From Candidatus Zixiibacteriota bacterium (GTDB lineage: Bacteria > Zixibacteria > MSB-5A5 > GN15 > FEB-12), in assembly GCA_019038695.1 (NCBI GenBank), contig JAHOYZ010000026.1, positions 57,626 to 121,625 of the forward strand: a stretch of DNA of 64,000 bases, in the 5' to 3' direction. The notes beneath the pieces were generated by a model. It was not told where the DNA came from, ran no database searches, and worked only from the letters and a program-made list of their open reading frames with translations. The translations under genes were made by a program, and so were the position numbers. Position 1 is the stretch's first letter. Every line of letters starts with the position of its first letter. Positions 9,620 to 19,659 of this stretch are shown here, piece by piece.

Positions 9620-10789
9620 TTACTTGCGGTCATCATACAGCGGAGACATCTCTCGGAGACGCGTGATAATTGGCGGTAGTTTTTCCAGAACAAAATCAAG
9701 TTGCTCATGTGTGGTCTCACGCCCCAGTGAAAATCGGATCGCTCCTTGAGCTTGAATGGGGTCCTTCCCCATGGCGGCCAGGACATGTGAAGGTTCCGTT
9801 GCGCCCGAAGTACAGGCCGAACCGGATGAGCAGGAAATCCCTTCTATATCGAGTGAGAGCAAGATTGATTCCCCTTCCGCACCCTTAAAAGAGAGGTTGA
9901 CCGTTGGCCAGATACGATTTTCCCGGGAGCCGTTGAAAAAGACGTCGGGGATAGTCGCCATAACTTTGTCGATGAAATAGTTGGCTTGTTCCTTGTGGGT
10001 GGCGGAGTCCTTCTCCATCCGTCGGTCAGCTACCTCAAGGGCCGCCGCCAGCCCCACCACTCCGGCAATGTTCTCGGTGCCCGGACGGCGTTTCTTCTCA
10101 TGCGAACCACCGAAAAACAGCGACGCCAGTTTCACGCCCTGCCGGATAAACAGCGCCCCCGTTCCCTTGGGGCCATATATCTTGTGACCGGTCAATGAAA
10201 GCAGATCAACCCCCAAGGTCTGCACATCAACTTTCATCTTGCCGATCGCCTGAACAGCATCGGTATGGAACAGGCATCGCCTGTCTTTTGTCACGGCCGA
10301 GAGAAACTCTATGTTTTGAATTGCTCCTGTTTCGTTGTTGGCGAGCATAACAGAAACTAACGCCGTTTTCTCCGATACCAGATCAGCCAACTGCTCGGCG
10401 GAAGACAAACCTTCACCATCCACAGACAGAAGATCAAGAGCAAAGCCGTGTTGATGATGAAGATACTCAGCCGGCTCCAGGACGGCATGATGCTCTGTAG
10501 CCCCGACTACGAGGTGATTCCTCCGGCCTTTCAAATGAAAGGCAACACCGAGTACCGCCAAATTGTCTGATTCGGTTCCTCCCGAAGTGAAGTATAGTTC
10601 GGATGGACGGCAGTTTATGAAAGTGGCAATCTGCTCCCGGGCATTTTCCAGAGCTACTTTGGCATCACGCCCGAAATGATGAACGCTGCTGGCATTACCG
10701 AAACTCTCTTTGAGAAAGGGCATCATTGCTTCCAGGACTTCCGGATCAACCGGGGTTGTCGCGTTATGGTCGAGATAAATCGGTTTCAT
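9620..10789 (-). CDS. iscS: Cysteine desulfurase (IscS/NifS class V aminotransferase)
   Basis: MKPIYLDHNATTPVDPEVL N-terminus, the PLP-lysine block SLTGHKIYGPKGTGALFIR and the catalytic Cys loop SSGSACTSG. It sits next to mnmA, which uses an IscS persulfide. Confidence 0.8.
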   Translation of the reverse strand: MKPIYLDHNATTPVDPEVLEAMMPFLKESFGNASSVHHFGRDAKVALENAREQIATFINCRPSELYFTSGGTESDNLAVLGVAFHLKGRRNHLVVGATEHHAVLEPAEYLHHQHGFALDLLSVDGEGLSSAEQLADLVSEKTALVSVMLANNETGAIQNIEFLSAVTKDRRCLFHTDAVQAIGKMKVDVQTLGVDLLSLTGHKIYGPKGTGALFIRQGVKLASLFFGGSHEKKRRPGTENIAGVVGLAAALEVADRRMEKDSATHKEQANYFIDKVMATIPDVFFNGSRENRIWPTVNLSFKGAEGESILLSLDIEGISCSSGSACTSGATEPSHVLAAMGKDPIQAQGAIRFSLGRETTHEQLDFVLEKLPPIITRLREMSPLYDDRK

Positions 10790-10898
10790 GTTCTATTCCT
10801 GTCGCTCGTTTCTATAGTTGTACACGGCCGGCGGTCTGTCTGTGTCCGACGACAATCTCAAGTATAACCAATGTGGAGTTCGTGAGTCCACGAGGCCA

Positions 10899-12824
10899 TC
10901 AGAACGCATACAATATAGTGAAATGCCAGCGGTATCCAAGTTCGATCGTGGGGGTCCTGAAATGACGGGCATAGTCAACTCGGATAGGTCCAGCTGGAGA
11001 ATGAATCTGTACACCCGTACCATAAGCCACAGCCAAATCCGAGAAGCGAAATTTGTTTATGCTGCGGTAGCCGTTGCCGACATCGACGAAGATCGACTGC
11101 CAGAGCGGTAAATTTCTAAATAGATCGCCCAGGACAGGAATCGGGCTGAATATCTGAATCGTCTTCCAGCGAAACTCTTGATTGACAACTACGGTGAATC
11201 CAGCCCCGGGCAGGCTGTCGCTTTCCATCGGGGCCAGGCTATTTTCAGCGAAGCCCCGAATGGTATTGGCACCACCCAGGAAGAGACGGTCATTGGATGG
11301 CACAAGACCTGTCTTGCCAAACGCATCAACCCAGCCACCCTTGATACGTGTGGCAGATATCCATCCTGGCCACACCGGATGATACCCCGACCAGGAGACC
11401 TCCATTTTAACAAAATCCTCATCTCCGCCGAGAAATCCGCCGTAGTAGTCGATTGCCATTTCGCGCATGGAACCGGTACTCGGCACAAAGATATTATCCC
11501 TGCTGTCGCGTATCAAGCTCAGGTACAGTCGCTGGCGAACGGATAGTCCCTCCGTCTGACGTCGAACCTCATCTTCCAGTTCCCTCGGTACTCCACTGAT
11601 ATCAACCGATTGATATTCAAGACCCCAGATTGCCTTCGTGCGCGGACTAAAACGCTTGAAAGTAGACAGCGATGCTGACCACTGTTGAACTCGAAAATCC
11701 TGGACCGGGTGCTGCACCTCAGGCTCATAGGTAAAGGTCAGAGACAAAGGCATACGAATGCCTGCCAGCCAGGGTTCGGTGTATCTCAAGCGGTAATTGT
11801 GTTCAATGACTTGGCTTTTCTGTCCGACGCCATAAACGAGATCAAACAGGAGATCAATCCGGCGTGAGCCAAAAAGATTGCGTTTGCCAACCCCGACCGA
11901 AAAATCCCAACTCAAATCAGCATATTCGGACTGTCCGGCACCGGTCTTCACCGTAACGTAGCCAGGTTTTCGTTCGCGAACTCGCAATTGGAAATCAGGA
12001 TTCAGCCGATCACTCAGGTTGTTGGCCCGTTCGAGCTGCAGTGTGGAAAAGTAGCCCGACTCATATACCCGTCGCTGTGATTCGACAATCTCGTAACGCC
12101 GATATACATTCCCTTTCTTAATTTTCAGTTCCCGGGAGGCCGTATAAGTTGGGTAGCGATCAGGACCTTCAATCGTGATCTCCCCAAAATGTACCAGGGA
12201 ATCCGATTCGACAGTGTAGCGCACCTGTGCAGTCATATCGGAAAGAGTCGTATCCAGAACGAAATCGACCTGAGCATAGGGGTAACCATCGTTGGCCAGG
12301 ATTGTCTTGATATCAAATGATGCCTGACGCAGGTCGAACAGGTTAACCGGGTCTCCCACTTTCAGTCGTTGAATGGCTTTTTGAAATTTATTCTCAAAAC
12401 GTCTCTCGAAATGCCCTTCAATCGTTTGGTGACCGTATTTGAAACATCGTCCTTCGTTTAACGTGACCATCACCCGCGCCGAAGAGTCCGGCAAGATTAC
12501 TTGAAAGCTCTCTTTGACTTGTATGCCAAGAAAACCGCGCGTTAGATAGAAATACTTTATTTCCAATGTATCCCGTCCGAACGACTCCCTCTGGACCCTG
12601 GTACGCCGATCACCTTTAAGGCTACCCCAGAAAGTTCTCACCCGTGAGTACATTCGTTTGCGAATTTCTTTATCTGAGAAGCTGTCATTACCATCAATAC
12701 CGATGCTCTTGATGGCCGGCTTGTTGCGAATCCAGCGTAACGTCGCTCGATCCATAGCCACAGCCTGAAGTGTGGCTGCCAGAACCAGTATGGACACCAA
12801 CAATGTAACCCGCAACCGCGTCAT
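10899..12824 (-). CDS. Omp85-family outer-membrane protein (TamA/BamA-like) with POTRA region
   Basis: Signal peptide, then a POTRA-like N-terminal region (GIDGNDSFSDKEIRKRM...). The C-terminal beta-barrel ends in aromatic residues (...HFTILYAF). It lies immediately downstream of a TamB-like gene. Confidence 0.6.
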   Translation of the reverse strand: MTRLRVTLLVSILVLAATLQAVAMDRATLRWIRNKPAIKSIGIDGNDSFSDKEIRKRMYSRVRTFWGSLKGDRRTRVQRESFGRDTLEIKYFYLTRGFLGIQVKESFQVILPDSSARVMVTLNEGRCFKYGHQTIEGHFERRFENKFQKAIQRLKVGDPVNLFDLRQASFDIKTILANDGYPYAQVDFVLDTTLSDMTAQVRYTVESDSLVHFGEITIEGPDRYPTYTASRELKIKKGNVYRRYEIVESQRRVYESGYFSTLQLERANNLSDRLNPDFQLRVRERKPGYVTVKTGAGQSEYADLSWDFSVGVGKRNLFGSRRIDLLFDLVYGVGQKSQVIEHNYRLRYTEPWLAGIRMPLSLTFTYEPEVQHPVQDFRVQQWSASLSTFKRFSPRTKAIWGLEYQSVDISGVPRELEDEVRRQTEGLSVRQRLYLSLIRDSRDNIFVPSTGSMREMAIDYYGGFLGGDEDFVKMEVSWSGYHPVWPGWISATRIKGGWVDAFGKTGLVPSNDRLFLGGANTIRGFAENSLAPMESDSLPGAGFTVVVNQEFRWKTIQIFSPIPVLGDLFRNLPLWQSIFVDVGNGYRSINKFRFSDLAVAYGTGVQIHSPAGPIRVDYARHFRTPTIELGYRWHFTILYAF

Positions 12825-15800
12825 CAGAACTCCCAGTGAAATTTCAGACTAAGGTGATAGAGCTCTTCCTCATCCCGGCGTCCTTCAACCTGAAAGGCTT
12901 TGCTGAGACGGTAATCAAAACCAAGCTCCTGACGTGTTTGACCGGCAAGGGTGGAGCGACCATAAACGTAGAGTCGCGGAGCTGTGTAGAAACCGAGCGT
13001 TACCCTGGCATTCCACGGATTAAGCTCCTGGCCATACACGGGATCAATCTCAAAGGTTTCCACCCCAATCTGATTAAGTTGTCTGGCTCCGATTTGCGAC
13101 ATCTGACTGTAGCCCAGTCCAAACAATCGTTGCTCAATCTGACCTGACGACGAGAACCCATCGCGGGCGTAGTAGTTGGCAACGATGAGAGGGAGGATAT
13201 CCTCACGAGTCATATCACTTCCTTCACACGGATTGATCTCCGGCAATTCGAGAGTACCGCCAATGTCCACACACAGCTCGACTGTCTCAGGCGTGGCATC
13301 GTCTCCAAAAGAATCTTCGACCACGCCGGCTATACGCGTATACCCGGTAATATCGAGTCGAGGATTGAGGGTGTCATTGCCCTCAAATATGACCCGACTT
13401 CCCGGCTCCAGACGAAAGGTCTTGTCAAAAAGGAAACCGCGGCCGCGCAGTATTTCCATCTCGCCGATGAATCGGTAGTTGCCGTCAGTTCTGATCAAAT
13501 TGAGCTGGCCGGCAAACTCGGCATCGATATCTTCATTCCGGATCCAGTAATTAGACAGAATATCGATATTGATATTAAGATTCCACTCGTCATCGCTGGA
13601 AAGCGCCATCATCAGCGGTGAACCTTCATCCTGCTCGGCAAACTCCACTTGATACCGCATGGATGTGAGCGTTAGCGATCCGGTGACAAGAGGAGGACTG
13701 CTGCCCTCAATGTGCAAATCACCTTCGGCCTTCCCTTGAATATCATCCAGTTCATAGGCGAACGGGAATTCCTTCGGCGTCGTAACATCAAGGTCATAGT
13801 AGAATGTATCCAGCGCCTCAACAATGATCTCTCCCTCCACCTGAGCGTAACGTCGCCGTCCGTTTTCCTTTTTGTTCTCAGTGGTAAAGAGTTCAATACC
13901 TTCGATGACAATGCGATTATCGTGCATTGTCGCCCCAACCGAGTCGGCGAAAATCGGATGTTCGAGGTCAAAGTACTTCAGCCGAGCCCCATTGATATAC
14001 GCTTCGCCGTCGAGATGCGGATCCTGGGGAGTGCCGGACAGTCGAAAATCGGCGTGGAAATCACCGGTCAAGTGTTCTACTGTCGGCATTAATAAACTGA
14101 CAAGATCGAATCGTGTATCTGAGGCCACGACCGCAATATCCATCGGCAGATCAGGGAACCGATCGGTGCGGTCAGTACTCAGGGACAGGTCTGCGTGCAA
14201 TGATCCACCAGCAACATATTCCCCTGGGTGTGAGACCAGCCGCACACTGTCAAGCGTGAGAAGGCGGTCACGATAGGCCATAGCTGTCATCAGATCACCC
14301 AGCACCAGGTCCTTGTAGGTCAGCGAATCTATGAACCCAAGCAGATTAAAGATCGGCTCAGAAATAGTACCCCTGAGGGTCGCATCTCCTGACAGAACAC
14401 CATCGATTTCATAGATTGTATCAACCAGATTCACCCAGGGTGCCAGAGGTACTCGTACGACCGACACCTGCAACTCCAGCGCTTCGTCATAATCTGCTCT
14501 TCCCTGCACTGATAACTGCGCCTCCGAATTGCCAATATCAGCTTTGTCAAAAACGAACCCGGCCGAGTCAATATCAATCTGAAGATCCCCTCGATTGTGA
14601 AAAGGTCGATCCCATAAATGCAGCGTGAGACTATTAACCAGCAGTCTTTGGGGGTATGGCCCGTAATTGAACATACCCTGTCCATCCAATTGGACAGACT
14701 GACTACTAACCTGCAATGAATCAATATACACCAGGTTGGAATCCGTGGTCAGCCAGGCGTACCCGGTGTCATATGGTATTGGCCAGGCCTGTCCATCAAA
14801 GAAACTAACAGCCACCTTCCCCTGTTTGGAAGTCAAAAAGCGATCCATATCCACCCTGGCGTACATACTATCGGAGAACAGCTCATAGACCCAAACCGAG
14901 TCTGAAGCAAAGAACCCATGCAAATCGGGATCGGCGGTGAGACCGGAGATGGTCCCCTCAGCATAACCGCGGCCACCCGGTTGATCGATGAATAGCTTGC
15001 CACGATAGCGATCGAGGTTATTCAATTTGACACGTACACTAAGATCAATGTCATCGCGATAGGACACGCGGCCGGAAGTATGAAACACATTTTCAAAATA
15101 ATTGACGCGGAAGGAATCCACAAAAGTGATCGAATCGGAGGTGATGATCATGTTGCCGGCCGCTTCATGTAACGGGTATTCATCAAACGACGACTCATAC
15201 AGCTCAGTGGAAATAGCCATCACCATTGTGCTCTTGCGAAACGATTGTCCATCCATGCGCAGTTGGCCACTGAGGTTTGACTCAAAACTATTCGTGATAA
15301 GTTGCTTGAGGTTGAAGTTTTTTATGTCCGCGGTTAGATGGTACTCCTCGAGTGGCGCAGTGGAGAAATCGACACCACCCCAACCATCGACCGAACAGCC
15401 CCCAAGTATCGTTCCATAGAGTGTGTCCAGAGTCAGGTGCTTGTCGGCATATTGAAACCCCATGTGCAGGTTGTCGAAACTGACTATCATGAAGTCTCCG
15501 GCAATATCGGCGGTGCCCTCTACTCGGCCACCAGCGAAGGAGACCTCGCTATTTAGATCCAGAACACCCTTCAGATGCGGTCCCACATAGCGAGTGATAT
15601 GCCCCAGATCTATATTGTCCGCAATCACACTAACATGTCCTGTCAAACTGTCCCGGGTAGCGACGTTGCCGCTGAGTCGAATCCTGGTATCACCTGAGAA
15701 GATATTCATGTCCTTAAACAGAATATTGCCATTGGCGTAGGTCACAGTTCCGGCCGCAGCATCCAGGATCACCCGTTCCTTATTCGTTGTGAACTCCAGT

Positions 15801-16366
15801 CGTTGAAGATCCACAGCGGCGGTACCGTTATCAAACTCGATCATCGACCATAACAATAAGTTTTCGACCAGAATCGTATCGATGCCATCAACAAAACGCA
15901 CTGTCGTCTGGTTCAGAGCCAGGTCACCTATCCGGAATGCCATCGCCCGTGATGCTTCTCCGCCGGAGTCGGTAGTCAACTTTGGCAAGAGCCATCGTCC
16001 GGTGCTGTCGCGAACAATTGTGACCACAGCTGAATCGATATGCAGGTAGTCAAGGCTGTACTGTTGGTTCATAAGATTCGACAGCGAGTAGATGGTTTCC
16101 AATCGCGGTATCTCCAGAAGAAGATGGCGCTCAGCCCCGTCTATGTAATACAACGAAATATCCTTGACGACGATGCTCGAAATTATATCACCGCTTATCT
16201 GACCAATCTCTGCCTCGATTTCAGGCTGGTCAGCCAGCAGCGCTTCCAGCCGTGAATTGGCAAGCCGCTCCAGACCTCCGAGATGAAGGAAGTACACCCA
16301 GCCACCAATAATAATCAGCATGACTAAGCAGAACAGATAGAATGTGATTTTCCAGACTCGCCGCAT
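12824..16366 (-). CDS. tamB: Translocation and assembly module subunit TamB (DUF490 C-terminus)
   Basis: 1180 aa with a single N-terminal TM (ITFYLFCLVMLIIIGGWVYFL) and a long beta-rich periplasmic body. The DUF490-like C-terminus reads ...GFDYRLSKAFQVEGRRDEEELYHLSLKFHWEF. Confidence 0.65.
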   Translation of the reverse strand: MRRVWKITFYLFCLVMLIIIGGWVYFLHLGGLERLANSRLEALLADQPEIEAEIGQISGDIISSIVVKDISLYYIDGAERHLLLEIPRLETIYSLSNLMNQQYSLDYLHIDSAVVTIVRDSTGRWLLPKLTTDSGGEASRAMAFRIGDLALNQTTVRFVDGIDTILVENLLLWSMIEFDNGTAAVDLQRLEFTTNKERVILDAAAGTVTYANGNILFKDMNIFSGDTRIRLSGNVATRDSLTGHVSVIADNIDLGHITRYVGPHLKGVLDLNSEVSFAGGRVEGTADIAGDFMIVSFDNLHMGFQYADKHLTLDTLYGTILGGCSVDGWGGVDFSTAPLEEYHLTADIKNFNLKQLITNSFESNLSGQLRMDGQSFRKSTMVMAISTELYESSFDEYPLHEAAGNMIITSDSITFVDSFRVNYFENVFHTSGRVSYRDDIDLSVRVKLNNLDRYRGKLFIDQPGGRGYAEGTISGLTADPDLHGFFASDSVWVYELFSDSMYARVDMDRFLTSKQGKVAVSFFDGQAWPIPYDTGYAWLTTDSNLVYIDSLQVSSQSVQLDGQGMFNYGPYPQRLLVNSLTLHLWDRPFHNRGDLQIDIDSAGFVFDKADIGNSEAQLSVQGRADYDEALELQVSVVRVPLAPWVNLVDTIYEIDGVLSGDATLRGTISEPIFNLLGFIDSLTYKDLVLGDLMTAMAYRDRLLTLDSVRLVSHPGEYVAGGSLHADLSLSTDRTDRFPDLPMDIAVVASDTRFDLVSLLMPTVEHLTGDFHADFRLSGTPQDPHLDGEAYINGARLKYFDLEHPIFADSVGATMHDNRIVIEGIELFTTENKKENGRRRYAQVEGEIIVEALDTFYYDLDVTTPKEFPFAYELDDIQGKAEGDLHIEGSSPPLVTGSLTLTSMRYQVEFAEQDEGSPLMMALSSDDEWNLNINIDILSNYWIRNEDIDAEFAGQLNLIRTDGNYRFIGEMEILRGRGFLFDKTFRLEPGSRVIFEGNDTLNPRLDITGYTRIAGVVEDSFGDDATPETVELCVDIGGTLELPEINPCEGSDMTREDILPLIVANYYARDGFSSSGQIEQRLFGLGYSQMSQIGARQLNQIGVETFEIDPVYGQELNPWNARVTLGFYTAPRLYVYGRSTLAGQTRQELGFDYRLSKAFQVEGRRDEEELYHLSLKFHWEF

Positions 16367-17070
16367 TAGAGATCATCCAATCGGCTGAGGATTTTGAGAG
16401 AGGCAGGGTGTCCCAGCGGGGCCAGTGGAGCCATGTCTCCGATTACCAGTTCAACAAGACTCCTGTCAGCACCAACATTAAAAGCACCGCGAATATGCGA
16501 AAATAGCTGCTGTTGCCGATTCTCAACCATCAAACAAGCCACAATGGCCAACTCCCTGTCAATCGGCCCGAGACCCGGTCGAGAAAGGGTTTTTCCATAA
16601 CCCTCCAGAACCATCCAACGAAAAATGTCGGGCGCAAATGACTCCACTCTGTCCTTGAGGCGATCGTAGTTATCTCCATACACTTGTCGACACAGTGCAA
16701 CACCACGATCAAACCAGGTCTGCGATTCAATCGGACTGATCGGCGTTAGCTGTGACTGCAGATTCTCCACTGGTAACTTTTCCCCAAGATGATCGGCCGC
16801 TATGAGCATTCGCGGAAAACCAAGAAACAGATGCGATTGCAGCACTACCTCATAGAATTTCTTCCGGTCAAGCCCAATTCGCAATCCAGACTCTACCACA
16901 ACCTCCAACAGGCGCTCGTCACAGACGGCAATAGCAGCCGAGTATATGGCCAGAACCCGTGTGGTCCCATACAGGGCTGTTTCGAACTGTTCCAACCGAA
17001 CGTAAATATCATCAATGTCAATCCGGGAACTCATACGATCTAAGAAATGAGGAAACAAAACGGATGGCAA
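16366..17070 (-). CDS. Carboxymuconolactone decarboxylase (CMD/AhpD-like) family protein
   Basis: The C-terminal half matches the CMD fold pattern (...MVLEGYGKTLSRPGLGPIDRELAIVACLMVENRQQQLFSHIRGAFNVGADRSLVELVI). The start codon is uncertain. Confidence 0.4.
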   Translation of the reverse strand: MPSVLFPHFLDRMSSRIDIDDIYVRLEQFETALYGTTRVLAIYSAAIAVCDERLLEVVVESGLRIGLDRKKFYEVVLQSHLFLGFPRMLIAADHLGEKLPVENLQSQLTPISPIESQTWFDRGVALCRQVYGDNYDRLKDRVESFAPDIFRWMVLEGYGKTLSRPGLGPIDRELAIVACLMVENRQQQLFSHIRGAFNVGADRSLVELVIGDMAPLAPLGHPASLKILSRLDDL

Positions 17071-17081
17071 ACTATAACTTG

Positions 17082-18266
17082 TCAGCGCAGACCCTGAAGC
17101 TTCTTTTCCAACACTCTCAGGGATTGCTTGAGATCACTAATCTCCTGCCGGAGAAACTCGGGCGAGTTGTCCGGCTGGGCCGGCTCATCGTTCACGCCAT
17201 GGAAACTGTCGAAAGGTGATAGACGGAGTCTGCCTATCTGCAATGGAACTACCAGCGGTAGGTTATTACGCACAAGTCCGATGTCTATAACAGAACCGGG
17301 ATGACTCTGACGAACGAACGAACGCAAAGCCACGGCAGAGGTTATAGCCTCTCCGTTGAGGCTGACCAACAAATCATTACATGCCAGACCCGCATTGGCC
17401 GCCGGAGACAGCGGGATGACATCGGTAATCATGACAGCACGGTCAACAATGAAGTAGCGCTGAGATTCAGCCCGGACCAATTGGGCAGGCATGGTCACTT
17501 CAATACCGGGAGTGATTTCAATATCCACACTGGTAATCCCGACGTAGCCAGCCTGTCGGTCTCCATGCCGGTATAGATAGCGCGCAACTTTGGCTAGTCC
17601 GGGTGACGGGACCGCTAACCCCACTTCCGCCCATCGGTCTCGTCCAATACCACCAGTGATTACGCCTACCAGCCAGCCTGAAAGGTCAAAAAGTCCCCCA
17701 CCCACCGTCCCTGAAGTAATCTGGGCCGAAAACTGAATGGAACCTTCGGGTCGCATACCGGCACAGAAGCCCAGAGAAGGCGAGGCTCGAACGCCATACG
17801 CGTTGCCGATGGCAACTACCATCTGCCCCGCACAACCGTATTGATGAGCCAGACGCGCCGGTCGTCCCAGCGGTATTCCGGCACTCACCAGAGCCAGCCC
17901 GGTGTGGTAATCAATACCGATCAATTGGACGGAAATAACCTGATCTGCAAAACGCACCAGCAAATGATCTCGCCCCACAACCGATGAGGCAGCGACCAGA
18001 ATGCCGCCCATGCTGTCAATTATTACTCCTGAAGATATCAGGCGGTGGACACTCTCGTGCTTCCCCGAATGGAGTCCGGAACGGGAATTAGAAATCGACT
18101 CTAATGTGACAATCGACCGGGAAGTGCGATAGACAAGGTCATTGAGTCGATCTTCAAGGATAGTCAACGAGCTGTCATTTGCCGAAACACCAGTTGCCAG
18201 CCCGAAGAGAAAGAAAACTGCGACAGCTGTTGATGCTGCCGCAGTAGAACGAAAAAACGTTAGCAT
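17082..18266 (-). CDS. Periplasmic trypsin-like serine protease with PDZ domain (DegP/HtrA-like)
   Basis: Signal peptide. S1C blocks (GNAYGVRASPSLGF; catalytic-Ser region TSGTVGGGLFDLSGWLVGVITGG). C-terminal PDZ-like region (VGITSVDI...DLLVSLNGEAITS). Confidence 0.7.
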   Translation of the reverse strand: MLTFFRSTAAASTAVAVFFLFGLATGVSANDSSLTILEDRLNDLVYRTSRSIVTLESISNSRSGLHSGKHESVHRLISSGVIIDSMGGILVAASSVVGRDHLLVRFADQVISVQLIGIDYHTGLALVSAGIPLGRPARLAHQYGCAGQMVVAIGNAYGVRASPSLGFCAGMRPEGSIQFSAQITSGTVGGGLFDLSGWLVGVITGGIGRDRWAEVGLAVPSPGLAKVARYLYRHGDRQAGYVGITSVDIEITPGIEVTMPAQLVRAESQRYFIVDRAVMITDVIPLSPAANAGLACNDLLVSLNGEAITSAVALRSFVRQSHPGSVIDIGLVRNNLPLVVPLQIGRLRLSPFDSFHGVNDEPAQPDNSPEFLRQEISDLKQSLRVLEKKLQGLR

Positions 18267-18268
18267 TC

Positions 18269-18949
18269 TTAGTACGCTGCGCTTCCCCCTTTCGGCACAT
18301 CAGCTGCCTGATACACACGCACGACTGGTCGCACTCGATAATAAGTTCGATTCCAGGGAGCGGTTTGATTCGTACCGGCGGAAACCTGTGTCAACCCTTG
18401 CATCGGTGACACGCTTCCAGCTCTCATACGATCTACAACACGCTGCGACAGGCGATCAAGGCGATCTGCTTGCTCCATTTGTGAGGCAAGCGACCAGTCC
18501 TTATGCATGGTGCCGGTCATATTTGGATTATCCAGCGGTTGAACAGTAAGATATGAATCATCACCAAGATCTGCCATCCCCGACCCAAGATCATCCGAAG
18601 ACGGTTGTAATCCCACCATGACAAAGGCAAAAACCATGCAGGCGGTAACAACAGCCGGCGCAACCACTCCCCAGCGAAACGCTGGAGCTTTCTTAGGCAG
18701 GAAGGCTTTGGTCCTGGTCTCAGCAAACCGTTCCCGAGCCACGCGATTGAGCAGCTGGGTGTTGAAGTCTGCTGTTACCTTAAAAACATTTAGTTCTCGA
18801 CCAGCCTCGGTCAGTGAGCGATAGTCGGCCTCTTCTTGACGGCAATCAGCACAAGTCGCCAGATGCTCGCTCATCGCCAGCCTCCGACGGCCGTCAAGCT
18901 CGTCGCTACAATAAGCTGACAGGCAAGAGCGTGCTTTTCGACAACGCAT
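18269..18949 (-). CDS. Anti-sigma factor with N-terminal zf-HC2 zinc finger and one TM helix
   Basis: CLSAYCSDELDGRRRLAMSEHLATCADCRQEE carries the C...H...CxxC anti-sigma zinc finger. A central TM (VVAPAVVTACMVFAFVMVGL) follows. It overlaps the sigma-factor gene by 44 nt. Confidence 0.6.
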   Translation of the reverse strand: MRCRKARSCLSAYCSDELDGRRRLAMSEHLATCADCRQEEADYRSLTEAGRELNVFKVTADFNTQLLNRVARERFAETRTKAFLPKKAPAFRWGVVAPAVVTACMVFAFVMVGLQPSSDDLGSGMADLGDDSYLTVQPLDNPNMTGTMHKDWSLASQMEQADRLDRLSQRVVDRMRAGSVSPMQGLTQVSAGTNQTAPWNRTYYRVRPVVRVYQAADVPKGGSAAY

Positions 18950-19514
18950 TATGACTCTCCATTCTTGGTTTCAATTTCTCCCTAAGCATCATCCGGGCGC
19001 GATTAACCCGGGATTTGACGGTTCCAAGCGGTATTTCCAGAACCTTGGCCACTTCATCATACGGCATTTCCTGCAGATCGCGAAGCATGAAAGCCATCCG
19101 GTACTTCTCGGGCAAGGTCTTAATGGCGGCATCAAGGACCTGCGGAAGCCTACTGGGGATTTTTGGATCAACAGCAAACTCGGTCTCAGTCCCTTGCATG
19201 TCGTCGATGTCGTAGTGTTTGAATCTCCTTCGCTTGCGCAGCTCGTTGCGGGCAAGATTCAGCCCGATGGTATAAATCCACGTTGAGAAACAATGCTGGA
19301 AGTTGAAGGACTGCCGGTGCTGGTAAACCCGCACAAAAGTCTCCTGTACAATATCCTCGGCCTCATCCGGTGAGGATAACATACGGCCAATGACGTTCAT
19401 CAGACGATTCTTATAGCGATCAACCATCCCGTTGAAAGCTACCATGTCGCCATTCTGAATGGCGCGCATTAGCTTGAAATCAATCTCTTTTTCTGTCTCT
19501 TTGGCTTTAGCCAT
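18906..19514 (-). CDS. ECF-type RNA polymerase sigma-70 factor (sigma-E/sigma-24 group)
   Basis: The sigma-70 region 2 (DIVQETFVRVYQHRQSFNFQHCFSTWIYTIGLNLARN) and region 4 HTH (EMPYDEVAKVLEIPLGTVKSRVNRAR) are both present. Confidence 0.85.
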   Translation of the reverse strand: MAKAKETEKEIDFKLMRAIQNGDMVAFNGMVDRYKNRLMNVIGRMLSSPDEAEDIVQETFVRVYQHRQSFNFQHCFSTWIYTIGLNLARNELRKRRRFKHYDIDDMQGTETEFAVDPKIPSRLPQVLDAAIKTLPEKYRMAFMLRDLQEMPYDEVAKVLEIPLGTVKSRVNRARMMLREKLKPRMESHNALSKSTLLPVSLL

Positions 19515-19539
19515 ATTTATTCCCGTTTTCAGGAGCTTT

Positions 19540-19580
19540 CATAGAATCATACTAACTGATCGGTGAAAAGTTCCCGAATT
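19540..19580 (-). promoter_or_regulatory. Putative autoregulated ECF promoter upstream of the sigma-factor gene
   Basis: The minus strand reads GGGAACTT-ttcaccgatcagttag-TATGA about 55 nt upstream of the ATG. GGAACTT is the canonical sigma-E-type -35 element, and the spacing is 16 nt. Confidence 0.35.
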
Positions 19581-19659
19581 TCTCAGCTCTCTGCTTTCAA
19601 TATATTACAATGTAACAAGTTAGCAAGGGAATTGCCAACGTAGTTGGTTCCCTTGCTCA

